64,000 nt of DNA, taken from positions 7,936,001 through 8,000,000 of the forward strand of contig JBHGNT010000014.1 of NCBI GenBank assembly GCA_043228905.1, read 5' to 3'. The notes under the pieces are model-generated. The model made no database searches. It was not told the DNA's origin and saw only the letters and a program-made list of their open reading frames with translations. Position 1 is the first letter of the stretch; the number at the start of each line of letters is the position of its first letter. The position numbers and the translations under genes are program-made. Source of the DNA: Azolla caroliniana. Its lineage: Eukaryota; Plantae; Polypodiophyta. This document shows, in pieces, positions 57,624 through 64,000 of the stretch.

Positions 57624-60600
57624 TGTAAAAAGAATAGCGTGCGGAAGCAATAGAAAACCGAACACAGAAACGCAAGTTTAATGGAGAGCTTGAATATACA
57701 CAATACGTGTGAGAGAGAGAGTACACACAACCTCAATTCAAAATAATACTCAATCTGTACATAGGATGTGCTCAGTGAGCACTTTTATACAAGTCCATAT
57801 GGACTGACAGAAGTACTGACACGTACTTCAATGCTCATAAATGAGCTCTACACTAACTCCCAAAATATATTCCTACGCGGAATATCTTTCCAATGGCCTC
57901 GCGGTTTACGCACCGCTACGACTTCTCATGGTGTGCAGGCCTGTACACCGGTTTACACACCGGTCCGGCCTCATCGATCGGTCCCAACCGATCCGGTCCT
58001 CGGCTTGCTCAACCGATCTGGCTGATGTTGAGCTTGTTTCTCAACACTCCCGCTCAAGCTCAACTTGAGGCGCTTCAGGTTCTTCCGGATCATCGCTCTG
58101 GTTCATCCTGGCTCCACGCCTCGCTCGTGCTCCTCGACCTATTCAATTCCGCACACCTCGACCCTTCCGGTCGGCTTGTCTGCTCACACGGCTCTTCTCA
58201 GCTTCCTTGTTGTCGCGGTGTTGGCGCCTCTTCTGTTGCCTTCTCTTCCGCTTGGCCCTTGGTTGATTCAGCGTATCCGAATCAAACATCCGAACTGACT
58301 TGACTTCCTCCGATCGGTTTTCGCTCTTGTCTGAGTTGGTTGTCTCCAACTCGTCTTCGGTCTTCTCGCCCTTGATGGCTTCGTCTCCCCCACGCTTGGT
58401 TGGCTTTGGCTCTTTCTTTCGACTGCTCCCCTTATGTCCGCTTTCGGAATCTTCTGCGGATCCGCCCTCGGCTTCTTCAACCGATCCGAAATCGAATTCG
58501 TCATCCGACTCGGCGTCATGATCTTCTGGAACTTCTCTCCCCCTTCCGTGGTCATTCGGGACGTCTCTCCCGAAGTTCGGCACATCGAGGTGACGTAACC
58601 CAAGCGCACCCGAGAATTGCCGCAACTTGTCCAAACCAAGAGGCTTGGTGAAGATGTTGGCGGTCTGCCGATCTGTCGGAACATACTGAAGTTTGACTTC
58701 ATTGGAGAGGACACGCTCACGGACGAAATGGTAGTGCACCTCAATGTGCTTAGTCCGGGCATCGAAGACGGGGTTCTTTGCTAGCTGGAAGTTGCTGAGG
58801 TTGTCACAGTAGATTGTTGTTGGATCGGATACCTCCACCTGCAGATCCTTAAGTAGCCGCTTCAACCATATGGCTTCGCATGTCGCGATAGCTGCTCCTC
58901 TATACTCGGCTTCAATGCTCAACAGCACAACTGTCGGTTGCTTCTTGCTACTCCACGCAATCGCAACACTCCCAAGGGAGAACGCGACACTGGACATGGA
59001 TCGGCGATCGGCGACATTGCTGGCCAAGTCGGCATCGGTGTAGCTGACCAACTGCAGGGTTGTACTGGTCCCGATATAGTAGCCCCCGGTCCTTAGTGCG
59101 GCTCACGTACCGCAGTACGCATTGCACACACTGAAGATGCTCTTCAGTAGGTCACGCCATGAACTGACTGATCACACCGACCGGGTAGCTGAGATCTGGT
59201 CGGGTGATGGTCAAGTATATAAGGCTTCCAACTATCTGTCGGAACCTCGTCGGGTCGCATACCTTTCCGGAATCGGGGCGAAGCTTGACAGTTCTATCCA
59301 GAGGAATCGAGATGGACTTACAGTTGACCATCCCGAATTTGAAGAGCATACTCAACACGTAATGTTGTTGGCTGATAAGTATGCCTTCGCAGGTGCGGAT
59401 CACTTCGATCCCGAGGAAGTAATGAAGGTCACCCATATCCTTCATGTCGAATGATGCCGCAAGTTGGAGCTTCACACGGTCGATTTCACTTAGGTCGGCG
59501 CCAGTGATGACCAAGTCATCAACATAAAGTAAAATACTAACCGGCCCGAGTCGACCTTTCGGGATGAATAGTGAGGAGTCCGATTTCAACGTCGCAAAGC
59601 CCATCCGACGCAGTTGCTGCGTGATCTTCGCATTCCAGGCACGCGGAGCTTGCTTTAATCCGTAAAGGGACGTCTTCAATCGGCACACCGCCGAAGTTTC
59701 GTTCCGGAGTGAAATCCGGGGGTTGTACCATGTACACCTGTTCCTCAAGCTCACCTTGCAGGAACACATTCTTTAGATCCATCTGATGTAAGTGCCACCC
59801 CTTTGCCGCAGCTACCGTGAGCAAAACACGAACGGTCGTCATCTTCGCGACAGGCACGAAGGTCTCGTCGTAGTACACGTCGTGCTTCTGCGTGTAGCCT
59901 TTCGCTACTAACCAGGCCTTGTAGCGATTAACCGAGCCATTAGTGTTGTACTTGACCTTGTACACCCACCTACATCCGATCAGCTTCACACCTTTCAGTG
60001 CATCAACTAGGTCCCAAGTTTCATTTTCAGCCAATGAGCGCATCTCTTCCTCCATTGCGGCACGCCAATTCGCGTCTTTCGCCGCTTTTGCGTAGCTCTC
60101 CTGCTCACGCACTTCCACTACACGGGTCATGTACGCATAGTGATGCGCCATGTTCTCATTGTATCCGAACCGCACAACGGGGTTCTTCTGGCGGGTAGAT
60201 CGGCGTAATTTCTCATTAGCCGATGTTGAGGCTTTCTTGGCCAATGTCCGCTTAACCGAAATGAAATCGGACTCTCTCGTGGATCCCGATTTCAGGCTCA
60301 TCCGAGGCATCTCGGCCTCGCTGACCTCATCATCAGAACTCGGATTGGAGGTGAGGTCCGGAGTTGGAGGCAAGTACCAGGATGCGGACTCGTCAAACAC
60401 AATGTCACAGCTCACGCGCGCTTGGTTGGTGCGTGAGTTATAACATTTATAACCCTTCTTCTCGTCCGAATAGCCGACCAAGATACACTTCTCGACTTTC
60501 GCGTCCAGCTTCCTCCGCTTCTCCTTCGGTACATGCACATAGGAAATGCTACCAAAAACTCTTAAGTGTCGCAAATTCGGCTTCATTCTGAAGTATAGCT

Positions 60601-63182
60601 CATGCGCCGACACTTTTTCTCCGATCCGGTTCTGGATGTAGACCGCGGTCCGAACCGCTTCGGCCCAGTAGAACTTGGGCAAGCTCTTCTCCTCCAGCAT
60701 TGCCCGTGCCGCTTCCACAACCGACTGATTTTTCCTTTGGGCCACGTCGTTTTGTTGCGGCGTATATCCGCAACTGAATTCGCGTCAAATTCCCATCTAT
60801 TGTAGATACCCATTGATGTGACCGGAAAAGTACTCTTTTCCGCCATCCGACCGCAAGCACTTGATCTTTCTTCCTGTTTCCCTTTCGACGAAACTCTTGA
60901 GGTCCCGAAAACCGTCGAAGACTTCACTCTTCTTCTCAATGAGGTAGATCCACGTGTGCCACGTATAGTCGTCGATGAAGGAAATGAAATATCGACTTCC
61001 GCCAAGACTAACGTTCAGTGCCGGCCCCCATACATCGGAATGTATCAAGTCGAGCTTGTTCCATCTCCAGTTATGCTCGTTAGGGAAAGGAAGTCGGTGT
61101 TGCTTCCCTAGATGGTAGGCTTCACAAATTTATGGCTTTTGACCACTAAATTTGGGCAATCCGAACACCACCTGTTTCGATTGCAGGTTCTGAAGTCGTT
61201 GATAGTTGACGTGGCCTATCCGCTTGTGCCATAAGTCGATATCCGACTCGACTTTTTGTCCTTTCGCAAACATTGTGGTGCCACCATCACTAGAGTCAAG
61301 GATAAACATCCTCCCGTCTCTACGCCCTTGCGCAATAACTCGGCCTTCTTCCTCGATGAAGCACCCAAGGTGCGTAAACCACACCTGCATCCCCTGGTCA
61401 ACGATCTGACCAACTGACAACAAGTTCTTCGTGATAGTCGGATTGTGTAATACGTTCATCAGCTTTCCCTTCTGTCCGATGTGGCTCAAAGGGACTTCTC
61501 CAACATGCATGATTGGGTGAGGGATGTCGTCTCCGGTTTCGACAACTCCCACTTGTTCCGGTTTCTCCAAGAAGGAGAACCACTCTTTGTGGCTTGTCAT
61601 GTGATTCGACACACCGGAATCAACGTACCACACTTCCTCCGATTTGGAAGTGGTCTTCTTCATCGAATTAGCCTCGTGTTTCATCACCAAGGCTAGCCCT
61701 TTACCGGCTTTTTCGGTTTTGGATCCTCCCGATCCTTCTGCGTAGTGCGAGTATTTCCGGTTCTCTTTGCCGGCCTTGCCGGATCCGGATTTGTCCGAAT
61801 CGGCGCACTTCTTCTAGCACTTGCTTTCCCGGTGGCCCTTTTTGCCACAGTACTAGCATTCTGTATCAACCTTTCCTTGCCGATTCCCAGTACCGCTTTG
61901 ACTCTCCCTGCCTGTGGAGGGTCCGAAACTACTGTCGGCACAACCTTTGTGCCTCCGGTCCTACTCTTGCCGGTTGCTACCATTGCGAGCTGATCTGCCT
62001 CGTCAACCACGCCCATAGGGCCGATCTGCCTCCGTGTACAACATTCGACTGTCGGGGGGGGGGGGGGGGGGTGCACTTGTTGACGCACCGACGTGGTTCT
62101 CCTCTACAAGGAGCATTGACTGTAAGTCAAAAAATGACAGTGTATTCTCCCTTGTACACACAGCAGTTCGCAATGCTCCGAACTTCGACGCTAGTCCCCC
62201 GAGACAGATCTGCACCATCTCGCCTTCCTCGACGTTCACATCGATAGAGGCTAAGGAGTCGCATATCTCTTTGATCTTCGAGGTGTAATCAGCCACCGAC
62301 AAGTCGTGTTGTCGTAAGTTGCTCAGCTCCTGTCGGAGTTGAAGCTTCCTGGTTGTGGTGCTTGTGGCGAAAATCTTCTTTAGATTTCCCCAAGCATCCT
62401 TCGGCGTTTTCACATCCCGAATATAGCTCAGAAGTTGTTTGCCCACACAAGACGCGAAGCAGTAGAGGATTCTGCTCACTGACTGTTCCCAACCCGGGAA
62501 GTCTTTGTGTGTTGAATCAGGTGCTGTGTCATTTGCTCTGTCGACATAGCTCTAGTAACCGTGCCCGAGCAGGTATTGGTGCATCCTGTAAGACCAAGAC
62601 ACATAGTTGTTTCTGTCGAGCTTCTCTGTTGGAAGCGAGCTAGCCATGCCTCTATCCATTTTGTTTTCCCTATTCCTTGAGAAGGTTAGGTTTTCTTCTT
62701 TGAGCTAAGGTCGGCTGCAGAGGTTCTCAACCCTCCCACTCTGATACCATGTAAAAAGAATAGTGTGCGGAAGCAATAGAAAACCGAACATAGAAACGCA
62801 GGTTTAATGGAGAGCTTGAATATACACACTACGCGAGAGAGAGAAAAAGAGAGAGAGAGAGAGAGAGAGTACACACAACCTCAATTCAAAATAATACTCA
62901 ATCTGTACATAGGATGTGCTCAGTGAGGACTTTTATACAAGTCCATACGGACTGACAGAAGTACTGACACGTACTTCAATGCTCATAAATGAGCTCTACA
63001 CTAACTCCCAAAATATATTCCTATGCGGAATATCTTTTCAACGGCCTCGTGGTTTACGCACCGTTACGACTTCTCGTTGTGCACTGGTTTACGCACCGGT
63101 CCGCCCTCACCGATCAGTCCCAACCGATCCGGTCCTCGGCTTGCTCAACCGATCCAGCCGATGTTGAGCTTGTCTCTCAACA
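57624..63182 (-). mobile_element. Ty1/copia element K (J family)
   Basis: LTRs 57624-58046 and 62750-63182, iMet PBS 62738-62749, PPT 58047-58055, imperfect TSD. Confidence 0.9.
58143..62647 (-). pseudogene. pol: gag-pol of K with C-terminal extension
   Basis: WYVDSGVS, HSDVWGP..FIDD..SDGGKEY, LYVDD, LSIEAEY, IFTKPL; frameshifted. Confidence 0.9.
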
Positions 63183-64000
63183 ACGTGGAAAACCCTAATC
63201 GGGAAAAACCATGGGAACCCTAATCGGGAAAAACCATGGAAACCACTAGAAAGAGGGAGGGTACAATGGGAGATTCAGAGGAAACGACCTCGAGCTCTAC
63301 CTTCGCCAACCAGCGGTTACAACAGATACAAGTTCTGTATCTCTCTCACTCTCACTCTATACAATAAATAACAACAGTATTGCCCAAGTTATATTTATAC
63401 TTATATAACTTAGGGTCTATTTACAAATATGACCTCAACAGTCACATCGGAACATATTTACTATTCATATGCTCTGCCATGCTAGATGCCTTCTAGATCC
63501 ATCGGGTCCAGTTCCTTCCTTCATCTCGTCCGGTCCGGCTTGTCTGATTCTCATCCGGATCCCATCCGGAGGGACCGATTTCCCTTCACTTTCTGTCCAG
63601 GATTTTCTTCGGTTCTACACCATCAGCTCTCCCTTTCTCCTTTTGGAAGTGTCAGCAATTCTTTTGGAAGTGCCCAGGATTCCCACAGTAGAAGCATCTA
63701 GGCCTCCCTCTCAACTTCTAGCTCGTCCCCGATTTCTCCCGATTTTGGGGACTTCTATTTCAACCCCTTCCTCTGTTCATGTCACCTTCTATGACCATGA
63801 CCTTCAGGTCGGTCACGAGTTTCTTCATTCAGCAAGCTCGACTTCACCTACTCTAGGGATAAGTGTTTCCCTTTCGGTCCGGTGTTGCCGAATGTGACAA
63901 CGAGTGTTTCCCATCTATCCGAAAGAGATCCCATCAACAATAATGCTAATACCTCATCAGCAAGAGGTACTTCTACCATGCTGGAGGCATTCAGGTGCTC

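Larger units (their letters stand above)
57513..63588 (-). mobile_element. Tork-like solo LTR L in the gag of I, split by K
   Basis: Perfect TSD CTTTC (57508-57512, 63589-63593); pieces 57513-57623 and 63183-63588. Confidence 0.82.
43997..64000 (-). mobile_element. Tork-like copia I (5' end outside window) hosting J, F, K and solo LTRs
   Basis: 3' LTR ~43997-44466 with PPT GAGTGAAGGGGGAGTT; RH/RT 44480-46403 and 52149-52745; IN 52750-53768 and 56949-57200; PR WVVDSG near 57400; gag 63594-64000 homologous to H. Confidence 0.85.

Noticed and set aside
62053-62071. Poly-G run (also ~25062-25075) as a regulatory element
   Set aside because: Absent at the homologous position of J; best explained as slippage expansion or sequencing homopolymer error

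Overview
The window is gene-free plant heterochromatin made almost entirely of nested, decayed LTR retrotransposons; the element spectrum suggests a moss such as Physcomitrium (inference). Left half: a five-level nest. An old Tcn1-type chromovirus (E, ~2937-32845) holds a minus-strand non-chromovirus Ty3/gypsy with ~2.6-kb satellite-bearing LTRs (B, 5055-31653). B holds chromovirus C (10634-23821), which holds Ty3/gypsy D (11914-19666), which holds a solo LTR (15500-16313). A 3.5-kb foldback TIR element sits in B's 5' LTR. Right half: Ty1/copia elements, namely a three-LTR Tork/Tnt1-like chimera H (33884-41552) and a minus-strand Tork-like element I (~43997 to window end) hosting copia elements J and K, a deleted chromovirus F and several solo LTRs. 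All gag/pol frames carry stops, frameshifts or deletions. Most notable: (1) tRNA-derived modules with Pol III A/B boxes in the U3 of five different Ty3/gypsy LTR families; (2) Tf1-like self-priming PBSs that co-vary with the predicted transcript start in two chromovirus families; (3) 4-bp, mostly CpG-centred target duplications of the TGTCG-ended gypsy lineage; (4) a foldback element built from 31-bp palindromes that contains pieces of the tRNA-like LTR end; (5) a conserved acidic extension after RNase H in one copia family. Family names come from motif recognition, not database searches.
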